A stretch of DNA of 64,000 bases, taken from positions 156,490-220,489 of the IMG/VR virus record IMGVR_UViG_3300049855_000348. One strand, written 5' to 3'. The position numbers and the translations under genes were made by a program. A model generated the notes under the pieces. The model was not told the DNA's origin. It ran no database searches and saw nothing but the letters and a program-made list of their open reading frames with translations. The first letter of the stretch is position 1. Each line of letters starts with the position of its first letter. Shown here piece after piece: positions 19,147 to 28,026 of this stretch.

Positions 19147-19816
19147 ATGCCTCTTCCCATTCGGCCTGGGGTGTTACACCACGATGAGATTTTTCGGCAG
19201 TCTTACCGAGCGGCATCTCATGTGCGCAGGCTTCGACCGGAACGTAGAGATGACTGAGCGAAATGTTGAGCGCCCAGCCGGCAGCCTGCCCGACCAGATC
19301 ACCCATCAGCATGTTGTATTCTTCATCCATCGCTTCGGTCACCGAGGCGAACTGCTCAGGGGACAGTTCGAGCTTCGAGTAGGCAGCGATGTCTCCGAAC
19401 CAGCGATCGACGAAGATCACACCACCGCCATTGGCCTTGGCGGCAGCAACCTGGGCGATGAGTTTGCGAGCCAGGATGCCGGGCAATTCCCGCTGCATCT
19501 GCTCACGGAATCCCATGAGGTTGATGTCGTTGTAGGTCTCAGGGTAGGGCTTACCCTGTTCCTTGAGTGATGCCTGAGTCTGCTGGAACCATGCGGTGGA
19601 GCAGGAGGGCACCGAGAACTGGGTCAGGGATTTGTAGTCGTAGGAGGACAGATCGAACGAGCCGTCGATGGGGAGATCCGGGGTCTTCCCCTCCATCAGA
19701 TCGGCCAGAGCACTCTTCAGATCCGTGATCAACGTACTCTTTCCGACGCCATGTGCGCCGGAAAGAGTCAGGATGGTGATGATGCCACGTGGAAACAGGT
19801 TGTGAGAACGCGGCAT
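19043..19816 (-). CDS. P-loop nucleotide kinase (NadR/AAA_28 or thymidylate-kinase-like)
   Basis: TLSGAHGVGKSTL and IFVDRWFGDIAAY. Confidence 0.7.
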   Translation of the reverse strand: MPRSHNLFPRGIITILTLSGAHGVGKSTLITDLKSALADLMEGKTPDLPIDGSFDLSSYDYKSLTQFSVPSCSTAWFQQTQASLKEQGKPYPETYNDINLMGFREQMQRELPGILARKLIAQVAAAKANGGGVIFVDRWFGDIAAYSKLELSPEQFASVTEAMDEEYNMLMGDLVGQAAGWALNISLSHLYVPVEACAHEMPLGKTAEKSHRGVTPQAEWEEAYAAANHYTHSYRTVVVTAKDRLQRVAEVILGCFS

Positions 19817-20205
19817 TACTTGCCGGCCTTGATGTCGGCGAGGCTCAGATCATCCGAACGACGACGGCGCTTCGGCAGGTGAGCGTCCGAGACGAAGCCC
19901 TCAGGCAGGATCGGGAACACGCACTTGTCGTAGTATTCCAGACCCTTCTCCGTCAGGATGAAGTCGCAGCGCGAGGTCTCGCCCTTCAGATTGATCTGAA
20001 CACCTTGGAGATCAGCAGGCGCATCTTCGATCAGGCCAGCACTCTTGGCCGGGTAGACCACATTGCGCTTCTCGTTGCGGCTGAGAACTCGGTAGTCATT
20101 CTTGACGACCCAGAATACCGCAGCCAGAGAGCAGCCGGGACGCGGCTTTTCAGGGAATGCGTTGTAATACGTGGTCTTCGGGTGCATTGGCTTCGGTGAG
20201 CCCAT
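19816..20205 (-). CDS. Putative winged-helix protein
   Basis: AKSAGLIE...FILTEKGLEYY resembles a wHTH wing. Confidence 0.55.
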   Translation of the reverse strand: MGSPKPMHPKTTYYNAFPEKPRPGCSLAAVFWVVKNDYRVLSRNEKRNVVYPAKSAGLIEDAPADLQGVQINLKGETSRCDFILTEKGLEYYDKCVFPILPEGFVSDAHLPKRRRRSDDLSLADIKAGK

Positions 20206-20233
20206 AGTATCGCCTTTCGGTGCGGTCGCTCTG

Positions 20234-20261
20234 TGTATAGCGACAAAAAGATCGCGCACAA
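20234..20261 (-). promoter_or_regulatory. Degenerate early promoter/operator
   Basis: TTGTGC-GCGATCTTTTTGTCGC-TATACA. Confidence 0.55.
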
Positions 20262-20274
20262 TAAAAATCAGGCG

Positions 20275-20601
20275 TCACGACTTGGCGTGCAGGATTCCCA
20301 TAGCAGCGGAGAGCACTACCGCCAAGTGACCATCATCAATGGACTCGGGTTTCCGAATGCCGGGCATCCGGTAAAAATTCATTCTCGGCGGGAACTCTTC
20401 CTCCATCTGCTCAGCCAGAGCATGACCGATCCGGTCGTTCTGTTGTGCAGTCTTCACCAAGACCTCGACTTGCTGAATCGTGACGACGGCTTCACGACTG
20501 ACGTTGATGCGGGTGACCTTCCGAGGTGTGAGCGTGCGCTCCCCGCCAGCGAGAGGGTTCTTCACTGGTCCCTGGTAGTTCGAGAAATCCAGGTCCACCA
20601 T
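20275..20601 (-). CDS. Hypothetical protein
   Basis: MVDLDFSN... ORF next to the non-coding region. Confidence 0.6.
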   Translation of the reverse strand: MVDLDFSNYQGPVKNPLAGGERTLTPRKVTRINVSREAVVTIQQVEVLVKTAQQNDRIGHALAEQMEEEFPPRMNFYRMPGIRKPESIDDGHLAVVLSAAMGILHAKS

Positions 20602-20639
20602 GGCTGGCAGACTACTGGCTTGTAGCACCCACACAAGCA

Positions 20640-21400
20640 ATAGCAGTCAAAGGATCGCTAGGATTGACCCATCAAAATTGCCTTACTCAAAACTGCAAGG
20701 GTCAAAAAAAACCCGGCGGAGTAAAATTTATAAAATTTATAAAAGTCATAAATTACTTGACAAAATATAATCTATCTGAGAATTGCCTTTGTCATGTCTT
20801 GCATTGCCAGGGTCCTGCCCTTGGATCAAGGTGGTAACAACTTAGCGCGAAGCGCGATAACTTACACTGACTGAGCTAAGCTAGGCTGTCCTTACAAGGA
20901 GAGTAAGAACAGCAAGACTTACAAGACTTGCAAGTCTTTCGCATTTTTGAAAGACGTGGTAGGGACTGCATAGACATCACTGGGGTATGAGAAGTCGCTA
21001 CGCGAACTGGCATGAACCTATGTTCTTGAGGATGACCACACCTTCATGAGCAAGTCTTCGCGCTTCGCGCTGAGGGTGTCTTGCCCTTGAGCTAAGGGTA
21101 TGAAAGCATCACTGGGATAGCTGGGGTCATGCAAGGCTTGTAAGCCGAGCAAGGCTTTCAAACCACACAGCCTAGCAAGCCACCGGCTTTCCGTTTTCTG
21201 GCCATCTGACGGGCTGTAGGTCGCCCAATGACCATCCAGGGTCAACCTGTCTCAAATCGCCCAGGAACGGCTCGATTGAGTACCCCTGATGAGATACGGA
21301 TTGGTGTGACACGGGTCAATAGAGACACTACCACATCCAGTATCGTGTTGTATTGACAGTTTTTGGGTGATGCCACACTTCGGCCTTCCGGTCTAAGTCA
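20640..21400. other. Long AT-richer non-coding region, putative replication origin
   Basis: Lies between the divergent replication operons; AT tract at 20722-20775; inverted and direct repeats. Confidence 0.5.
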
Positions 21401-21416
21401 ACACCCAGAGGAAGTC

Positions 21417-22034
21417 ATGCAAACGATCTACGACATCGAAACCATTGCCGTTCTCGATGCCAAGTCGATCAACCGTCGTTCCTTCCGATCTGGACCAGCC
21501 TCACGCATCCTTTCAATTTACGATGACCCTGAGATCCTACGGAAGCGACTTGAAGCGAATGTCCCCTGCCCGCTCAAAATGGCGATTGAAAAAAATGGTT
21601 ACGATCCCGCCAATCCTCCGAAGTTGAAGCGCGGTCATTACATGGATCCGAAGGAGTTGTTCTACCGCACCATGAAAGTTCAGATGGCTGGTGGAATCGA
21701 CAAAGCGGGTCGTGATGGAGAACGTTTCATCGAACTGCTGACCCTGCTGGCGAATGGTTATATGGGTCGCATCATGTTCAAGGATACCGGCTCGATGGCC
21801 AATCTCACTGAAGACATGGTGCAAGAAGCTATCACCAAGTGTGCGATGATCGTCATGCGCTTCAATCCCTGGGACCCCCGCGCCACCAAACCCACTCTCA
21901 ATAACGCTTTCGCCTATTTCACCACGGTTATCCGCAATCGCTTCTATGAAACACTCACTTGCCCATTGGTCGGGTCGGATGTGTTCCTCGAAGATCTCAA
22001 AACCGAAAACCAGTCGATCGGTGATTTGATTTGA
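21417..22034 (+). CDS. T4 gp55-like late sigma factor
   Basis: EDMVQEAITKC...RFNP...NAFAYFTTVIRNRF matches the gp55/sigma region 2 pattern. Confidence 0.8.
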   Translation: MQTIYDIETIAVLDAKSINRRSFRSGPASRILSIYDDPEILRKRLEANVPCPLKMAIEKNGYDPANPPKLKRGHYMDPKELFYRTMKVQMAGGIDKAGRDGERFIELLTLLANGYMGRIMFKDTGSMANLTEDMVQEAITKCAMIVMRFNPWDPRATKPTLNNAFAYFTTVIRNRFYETLTCPLVGSDVFLEDLKTENQSIGDLI

Positions 22035-22058
22035 CTTAGCGACAATTTGGTCTAGATT
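22031..22058 (+). promoter_or_regulatory. Early promoter with inverted operator, upstream of primase
   Basis: TTGACT-TAGCGACAATTTGGTC-TAGATT. Confidence 0.7.
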
Positions 22059-22270
22059 GGCTTCCTGGAGGAAGTCCGTTTGACGAACTGTGCGACTGGC
22101 ATCACGAGTGCATCTCGTGACTCATCAACCAATGCGTCGATCTCCGCTGGCTCGATCTCGCCTTTGGCGGCTCGGGTGGCGATCAACTCGAATTTGTCGT
22201 GCAGGATTTCTTCCAGCCGCTTCGAGAGCGTGAAGATGTCACGCGCATGGTTTTTCTGAGATTCCGCCAT
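22052..22270 (-). CDS. Hypothetical small protein
   Basis: MAESQKNHARDIFTLSKRLEE...; shares CATG with the primase start. Confidence 0.5.
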   Translation of the reverse strand: MAESQKNHARDIFTLSKRLEEILHDKFELIATRAAKGEIEPAEIDALVDESRDALVMPVAQFVKRTSSRKPI

Positions 22271-23387
22271 GGCAGATTTATCCACCCCAGACGACATCAG
22301 GATCGAAAAACTTCGCCGCTGGCTGGAGGGTAAGGGGATTGACGTGGTACAGATCGGCAACGAACTGTGCTGCCCATCCCCCTTCAAAGAGCGTGAAAAG
22401 CGCAAGACCGACCCCCATTACCACGACGATAAGCGCCGGCTGTCGATCACAGTGGTCCAGGAAGCCGGTATCCCCACCCTGCGTTGGCAGTGTTGGTGGT
22501 CGAAGGGGAAGACCGGCAAGCCGTTCGGTGGTCGGTCGGCCTATGCCGTCTCGATCCTGGCCAAGACCTCACAGGAGGAGATCGCCAAGCTGCTGGATTT
22601 AGAGTACGACGCCCAGGTCGAAGCCGCCGAGACCAACCTCGACAAGGCTATTGCCATTCTCGGTCAGCCGGCCCGCCAGTTGGAGGCACGCCGTCAGTTC
22701 GCTGCCGCCAAGCAGGCCAAGGTCCGTCGACCTCACCAATTGCCGACCAGCCTGCTGCGCATGTGGGATGGAAGCCCACTGACCATGGGCGGTGAGCAGA
22801 TGGTCACCGAGCGTGGCATCCTGCCTGAGATCGGGAAGACCTACGGGCTGTTGTGGGACTATGAGGAACAGGCTGTGGTGATGCCCTGGGCTGATCGTGA
22901 TCAACGAGTCATGACCTACCAGTGTTGGTACGGCAGCAAGTATCGTTTCCCCAAGGAGAGTGAAGACCTGATGACGAAGATGGATGCCATCTTCGGACTG
23001 CACACCTGGACCCCTGGTAGACCACTCATTCTTTGTGAGGGTGGCTTCACAGCCATGTCAGTTTGCGGTATGGCTCTTGGTGGATCAACGATCTCTGATG
23101 AGCAGATCGCTCTGATCCACGGTTGTGCTCCGTCGATGACGGTGGTTGCCTTCGACAACGACACCGGTGGTCTCTACGGGGCACAGGGTGTCACCAAAGC
23201 TCTCTCCCAGGCTATGCCCTACACCAGAGTTGTGCCGGTCTTCGCTCCCACTGGGAATGATTGGAACGATGTCATCAAGGTGAATGGCTTTCAAAAGACG
23301 ATGGAGCTTTTCGCTCGACGGATCAAGGATTCTCTCACGATGGAACCGGCACACGCCATTGCATTGCAGTATCGAGGCACCCGATGA
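22269..23387 (+). CDS. DNA primase (TOPRIM)
   Basis: N-terminal Cys motif CCPSPF...WQCW; LCEGGFTAMS, ALGGS, AFDNDTGG, NDWND. Confidence 0.85.
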   Translation: MADLSTPDDIRIEKLRRWLEGKGIDVVQIGNELCCPSPFKEREKRKTDPHYHDDKRRLSITVVQEAGIPTLRWQCWWSKGKTGKPFGGRSAYAVSILAKTSQEEIAKLLDLEYDAQVEAAETNLDKAIAILGQPARQLEARRQFAAAKQAKVRRPHQLPTSLLRMWDGSPLTMGGEQMVTERGILPEIGKTYGLLWDYEEQAVVMPWADRDQRVMTYQCWYGSKYRFPKESEDLMTKMDAIFGLHTWTPGRPLILCEGGFTAMSVCGMALGGSTISDEQIALIHGCAPSMTVVAFDNDTGGLYGAQGVTKALSQAMPYTRVVPVFAPTGNDWNDVIKVNGFQKTMELFARRIKDSLTMEPAHAIALQYRGTR

Positions 23388-23938
23388 ATTCACCAGCCAA
23401 TGAACCGACTGATCCGAAGGTTGCCTTCGTGCATGTGGTGAAAGATCACATCAAGCATAAGCCGATCGCTGAGATCGCACGATTGTTGATCTCTGATCAG
23501 TACGCTGATTTCTGGCAGGCACCGTTCTCCAACGGACAGGGACGCTGGGATTCCAACGGCGGTCTCGCTGAAGCAACTGTCCTTGGTTACCGTGCGATGC
23601 GCTTTCTCATGGCGACGGCGAATAACCTTTTCTCCACGCTCGACGCCGACGCTGAGAATCGGATCGTCGCTCTCTACCTCTCGCTCATGTCCGCTCGTTG
23701 GGCCGATGTGAGGAACCTCCATCGTACATTCAGCAAGTTCAACCCAGCCAGTGCATCGTCGGTCGCGGTGGCCAATGCCGTGGCTTTCGGCATCGACCTC
23801 AAGCCGACTGAAGTAACTGCACTGACACGCTGGTACTCCAGTCGTATTGAACTGGCCAGGGAGTTCGACGGCTTCACGGTCGAGTGGTGGGTTCTCAGTG
23901 AAACGATGAACTGGCTCTTCGTCGGCAACCGTCGGTGA
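23384..23938 (+). CDS. Degenerate HD-domain-like (YhaM-like) protein
   Basis: FWQAP.........GGLAEAT resembles the YhaM pattern F..APA...HH...GGL.EH, but the histidines are absent. Confidence 0.45.
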   Translation: MNSPANEPTDPKVAFVHVVKDHIKHKPIAEIARLLISDQYADFWQAPFSNGQGRWDSNGGLAEATVLGYRAMRFLMATANNLFSTLDADAENRIVALYLSLMSARWADVRNLHRTFSKFNPASASSVAVANAVAFGIDLKPTEVTALTRWYSSRIELAREFDGFTVEWWVLSETMNWLFVGNRR

Positions 23939-23980
23939 CTTGACAATTCCTCCCGCTCAATAGCGTGCAAAAGATCGCCA

Positions 23981-24316
23981 ATGCCACAGTACCTCGTTCT
24001 CTTCGATTTGCCTGACGAACTCATCGAACACATGAAGAAACATGGAGAAATCGATTGGGGCGCTGTCGGCCCGTACTCGGATGAAAAACACATAGAGCAG
24101 TTTGCCACTTCGTTGAAGTTGACCAGGGAACACTTCAAACTCGAAGGGGATCAAAAACTTCACGGTCTTTATACCAAGGGCAGTGAGGTGATCATCGGGC
24201 ACACCGGTACCTCACCAACCTGCGGCCTTCACGCTCGAATCATCACCGGTCTTTGGAACGCTCTTCACCATCAGGTAACGCATCCACCCATCGGTGCTGA
24301 GGGGGCTTTGCTGTGA
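23981..24316 (+). CDS. Hypothetical protein
   Basis: 111-aa ORF. Confidence 0.7.
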   Translation: MPQYLVLFDLPDELIEHMKKHGEIDWGAVGPYSDEKHIEQFATSLKLTREHFKLEGDQKLHGLYTKGSEVIIGHTGTSPTCGLHARIITGLWNALHHQVTHPPIGAEGALL

Positions 24317-24465
24317 ACAATCAGAAGAAGCTCGAAAAGAAAAAGAAGAAGGCCAAGGCGCGTGCGGCCAAGCGTAAGGAACGCAAGAGAAACGCGGAAA
24401 AACCAAGGCAAGTCTTCATGACTGGCCAAGACACTCCAGATCTCTCAGGAACCGGATTTCCGTGA
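24313..24465 (+). CDS. Small Lys/Arg-rich protein (50 aa)
   Basis: GTG and TGA overlap both neighbours (GTGA); MNNQKKLEKKKKKAKARAAKRKERKR... Confidence 0.55.
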   Translation: MNNQKKLEKKKKKAKARAAKRKERKRNAEKPRQVFMTGQDTPDLSGTGFP

Positions 24466-25016
24466 CCGAACCTATCGTCGGATCAGCCGAAGACTTCACC
24501 ATTGAAGTCCTCACCGAACTCGGTGCGAAGATCCGTCATGCGGCTCTCGATCAGATCGCAGTCAATGATGAACACCTTCTTCAGGATGCCAAGGAACTGC
24601 CGCAACTTCTCTTCTACTACCAAGCCGCATGGTGTCGTCTCAACCTGAGGGCAGCCCAGACCAAGATCAAACTCGAACAAGCTGAAGCCAACGCCTTCGT
24701 TATGCACAAGGCCAACAATCTCAAACTCGGCGAGCGCATGCCGGTCGAAGAGATCAAGGCACGCATCATCCTGGAACCGAATGTCATATCACTCACCAAC
24801 GAGCATGCCGAACTGGAAGCCAAGGCGGCCACCGTCAAGGGCATCCTCGAAGCTCTTCGTCAGAAGGGTTATTCGCTGCAACTCGTTGCCTCCATTCGCG
24901 GCAAGGAGGAAGACTGGCTCCGGTCATCCTTCGCTGACCGCTTCGCTGATCACCCACAACGGGAGCAGATAGCTTCCGCTTTCAATTCTGTCATCGGCTC
25001 TAATCTGGTTCGCTAA
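24462..25016 (+). CDS. uvsY: UvsY-like recombination mediator
   Basis: Helical protein ending ILEALRQKGYSL; located next to the SSB and UvsX genes. Confidence 0.6.
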   Translation: MTEPIVGSAEDFTIEVLTELGAKIRHAALDQIAVNDEHLLQDAKELPQLLFYYQAAWCRLNLRAAQTKIKLEQAEANAFVMHKANNLKLGERMPVEEIKARIILEPNVISLTNEHAELEAKAATVKGILEALRQKGYSLQLVASIRGKEEDWLRSSFADRFADHPQREQIASAFNSVIGSNLVR

Positions 25017-25090
25017 TCACCCCCTCATGCATCGTCACGGCATTCGCCATCGACACTTAGATGCAGGGACAACAACAAAGGAAGCCTACC

Positions 25091-26383
25091 ATGGCTCTCT
25101 TCGACGTACTCGGTAACATCAACCCCTCCACCGTCCAAGGGCAGAAGCCCACCAAAGGACGCTTCATCAAGGAAGGATATCTCGACTGGGATAATCCTGA
25201 GATCGCCAAGGTCGATCCGAACAACAAGGCCATCAAAGAAGTCGTCGGCGTGATCTTGCCGCCGTACGCTTCCTACCTCCAAGAGCGTGTCGCTGCCGCA
25301 CAAGCTGGCATCCCGTTCAACATCCCATTCTACCTCCAGGTCGGCAATCATGCGATGGGTCATCGCAACGATAAGGAGAAGGTCTACATCTCCTGCCAGC
25401 GTGAACTGGTTCGCAACAACAAGGTCGGCGCGGCTTACCCCATGCTGCACCCCGATGTCGCCAAGATGTCGGATCACTGCGAAGTGTGCGCGACCTGCTG
25501 GGAAAATCTCTGGCCGATCGTTCAGCAGTACCAGAACAACAAGAATTCGCCCGAGTACAAAGCCTACAAGGAAGCCCACAAGCAACTCTGCCCGCAGCAG
25601 AAGTACGTCTTCAACTTCCTGCCGGCTGGCTCAGCGACTCCTGTGCTGCTCGAAGCTGCCAAGACCCTCGGCGAGTCGATCGTCAATCTCCACTACGACG
25701 ACAAGCATCCCGACCTGCTCTGGCCGTATCCGGTCGGTCACTTCGCCTGCGCCTGGGTGCAGTTGAAGCGTGAAGAGAAGCCCGACACCACGAACTACTC
25801 GGCAGCACCGGTCTATCACAACCTGCCGCACGTTCGTGATGCCGCCAGCGGTGCGTTCAACGAACGCCTCTACCTGGAAATCATCGGCAAAATGAAGGAT
25901 CTGCGTGAGGTCAGCAAGCTCTACGTGCCGGAACAGGCCGACATCACCAAGGCTCTGCTCAAGCGCGACAAGATCCTGACGAGTGTCGGTCTTGGCATCG
26001 CTACCGATCGCTCAGTGGCGGATGCGGTGAATGGTGCCACTGCCGGTGTGAACGGTCAGATCGCCAGCCCGCCGCCGATCATGGCCACTGGTATGCCGGC
26101 TGCGTTCCCGGTTCCCGGTGCGACGCCGGTGCCGGCTGCAATCCCGCAGCCGACTGCCACGTTGCCTCCGGCGATCCAGAGCACCCCTGCTCTGCCGCCC
26201 GCCACGCCGACCATGCAGCAGCCCCCGGTTGCTCAGGCCAACGTGCCGGCCATGCCGCCCAGTCTCCCGGCGACTCCGCCTCCCGCCGCCACTCCTGCTC
26301 CGGTGAAGTCACCGGGTCAGACCCCGGCTTCGGGTGAAGCATTCAACATGCTTCAGAATCTGCTGGGCGAACCGCCCAAGTGA
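25091..26383 (+). CDS. gp32-like single-stranded DNA-binding protein with a Pro/Ala-rich tail
   Basis: ILPPY, NH...ISC, HCEVCATCW zinc site, KYVFN, TNY; between uvsY and uvsX. Confidence 0.7.
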   Translation: MALFDVLGNINPSTVQGQKPTKGRFIKEGYLDWDNPEIAKVDPNNKAIKEVVGVILPPYASYLQERVAAAQAGIPFNIPFYLQVGNHAMGHRNDKEKVYISCQRELVRNNKVGAAYPMLHPDVAKMSDHCEVCATCWENLWPIVQQYQNNKNSPEYKAYKEAHKQLCPQQKYVFNFLPAGSATPVLLEAAKTLGESIVNLHYDDKHPDLLWPYPVGHFACAWVQLKREEKPDTTNYSAAPVYHNLPHVRDAASGAFNERLYLEIIGKMKDLREVSKLYVPEQADITKALLKRDKILTSVGLGIATDRSVADAVNGATAGVNGQIASPPPIMATGMPAAFPVPGATPVPAAIPQPTATLPPAIQSTPALPPATPTMQQPPVAQANVPAMPPSLPATPPPAATPAPVKSPGQTPASGEAFNMLQNLLGEPPK

Positions 26384-26398
26384 ACTGAAGAGAATCGA

Positions 26399-26425
26399 GA
26401 GGGCGGCTCGTGTGAGTCGCCCTCG
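26399..26425 (+). terminator. Hairpin after the SSB gene
   Basis: GAGGGCGGCTC-GTGT-GAGTCGCCCTC; weak U-tract. Confidence 0.45.
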
Positions 26426-26457
26426 CCTCTTCGTCAACTCACAGCACAGAAAAAACC

Positions 26458-27741
26458 ATGTCCAAAGACAAAAAACCCGACGGCAAGCACAAGGCGTCGA
26501 AGGTCGATCGTGAAGGCGACGGCCCAGACATCTCGAACTTCGACAATTTCATGGACACCATCACCAAGGGTGTGGATCGCATCACCAATGTCGATCCCAA
26601 CACCGCAGTGCGCTGGTTGTCCTGCTACAACGTTGCCACCAACCTCGCTCTGTCTGGCCATCCCGAACGTGGGCTGCCGGTCGGACGCATCATCAACTTC
26701 GAGGGTGAAAGCGACACTGGTAAGACCCTGCTCGCCTTGACCTGCATGCGTGAAACGCAGAAGCAGTACGGCAGCCTCTTCCGTGGTCTTGTCATCGACA
26801 GCGAACGCGGCCAGAGTCTTCAGCGCAATGCCGACCTCGGCATCATGGTGAAGAAGAAGCCCAAGAACGCCAAGAAGCCGAACGTCGAAGACGGCGAAGA
26901 CGACACTGGAGATCCCCGTGCCGGCACTTTCAAGGTCATCCAGACCACTGACGTGACCACCGTCGCCGACAACATCCTGCCGCCGTTCCTGGCTGCTGCT
27001 CGGGCACACCCCGAGATGATGTTCATCCTGCTCATCGACTCCGTGTCGATGCTGGTGACCGAGCATGAACGCAGCACTGACTTCGGTACTCGTGACATGG
27101 CTCGTGCCCAGGAACTCCGCAAGCTGATGCGCCTGCTGAACGATGGCTACTCGGACAACCTCACGGTATTCCTGGTCCATCACCAGACCGACCGCATCGC
27201 CACGGCTGGCAAGCAACTGACCGCTCAGCAGGGCACCCACGACAAGACCATCGGCGGTGGCAAGGCGATGAAGTTCGTCCCCTCCGTGCGCCTGGAAATC
27301 AGCTACGGTGGCAAGGAACGTCGCGGCTCCGGCGACAACGAGCGCATCATCGGTGCGAAGTGCAAGATCCAGGTCATCAAGACGCGCCTGTACCGCCCGC
27401 TCTTGATCGCCCAGACCTACATCGATCACAACACCGGCTTCACCCAGTTGGGCGGCTTGGCCGACCAGTTGGAACAGCAGGGTGTGATCACTTCGCCCAG
27501 TCAGGGCTTCAAGCAGTGCAAGGCACTCTTCGGCGACAAGAAGTGGCGTGAGGCCGACCTGGAGCAGGAACTGGAGAAGCCAGAGAACGCTCGTAAGGTC
27601 GTCGACATGATCGTCGAGAAGATGCAGATGGCATCCTTCGGCGAGGGTGATGAAGCCGAACAGGCCAAGACGGAAGCGGATCCTCTGGATCTCGACTCCC
27701 TCGAAGCTCTGGCCACCAAGTCGGCTGACACCAAGAAATGA
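26458..27741 (+). CDS. uvsX: RecA/UvsX recombinase
   Basis: GLPVGRI, GESDTGKT, IDSE, LIDSV, GGGKAMKF, KTR. Confidence 0.9.
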   Translation: MSKDKKPDGKHKASKVDREGDGPDISNFDNFMDTITKGVDRITNVDPNTAVRWLSCYNVATNLALSGHPERGLPVGRIINFEGESDTGKTLLALTCMRETQKQYGSLFRGLVIDSERGQSLQRNADLGIMVKKKPKNAKKPNVEDGEDDTGDPRAGTFKVIQTTDVTTVADNILPPFLAAARAHPEMMFILLIDSVSMLVTEHERSTDFGTRDMARAQELRKLMRLLNDGYSDNLTVFLVHHQTDRIATAGKQLTAQQGTHDKTIGGGKAMKFVPSVRLEISYGGKERRGSGDNERIIGAKCKIQVIKTRLYRPLLIAQTYIDHNTGFTQLGGLADQLEQQGVITSPSQGFKQCKALFGDKKWREADLEQELEKPENARKVVDMIVEKMQMASFGEGDEAEQAKTEADPLDLDSLEALATKSADTKK

Positions 27742-27749
27742 TGTGACCT

Positions 27750-27777
27750 GCCCCGGGAGGGATGCTCTCCCGGGGCA
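27750..27777 (+). terminator. GC-rich hairpin after uvsX
   Basis: TGCCCCGGGAG...CTCCCGGGGCA; no U-tract. Confidence 0.45.
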
Positions 27778-27792
27778 CTACATGAGAGAGCC

Positions 27793-28026
27793 ATGGCGCA
27801 AGATCTGTTCGTGACCTTCATCGATGACGACAACGTCGTCCATATGCTTTTGGCCAGGGAATGCCACTTCACGTCGATGCGTGGTCAGATGTCGATCGAG
27901 ATCAAGGGTCGTGTGTACCATCTCGCCAAGAACACCAATTACACCATCGGTGATCTGGCTGGTTGTCTTCCGCAATTCAACCAAGCCATCGCCTTGACCA
28001 ACCTGAACCGTCCACCCGAGATCTGA
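27793..28026 (+). CDS. Hypothetical protein
   Basis: 77-aa ORF with a GAGAG RBS. Confidence 0.6.
   Translation: MAQDLFVTFIDDDNVVHMLLARECHFTSMRGQMSIEIKGRVYHLAKNTNYTIGDLAGCLPQFNQAIALTNLNRPPEI

Noticed and set aside
19781-19797. Second parS site (GATGCCACGTGGAAACA), and a half-site at 58921
   Set aside because: Too many mismatches and not palindromic
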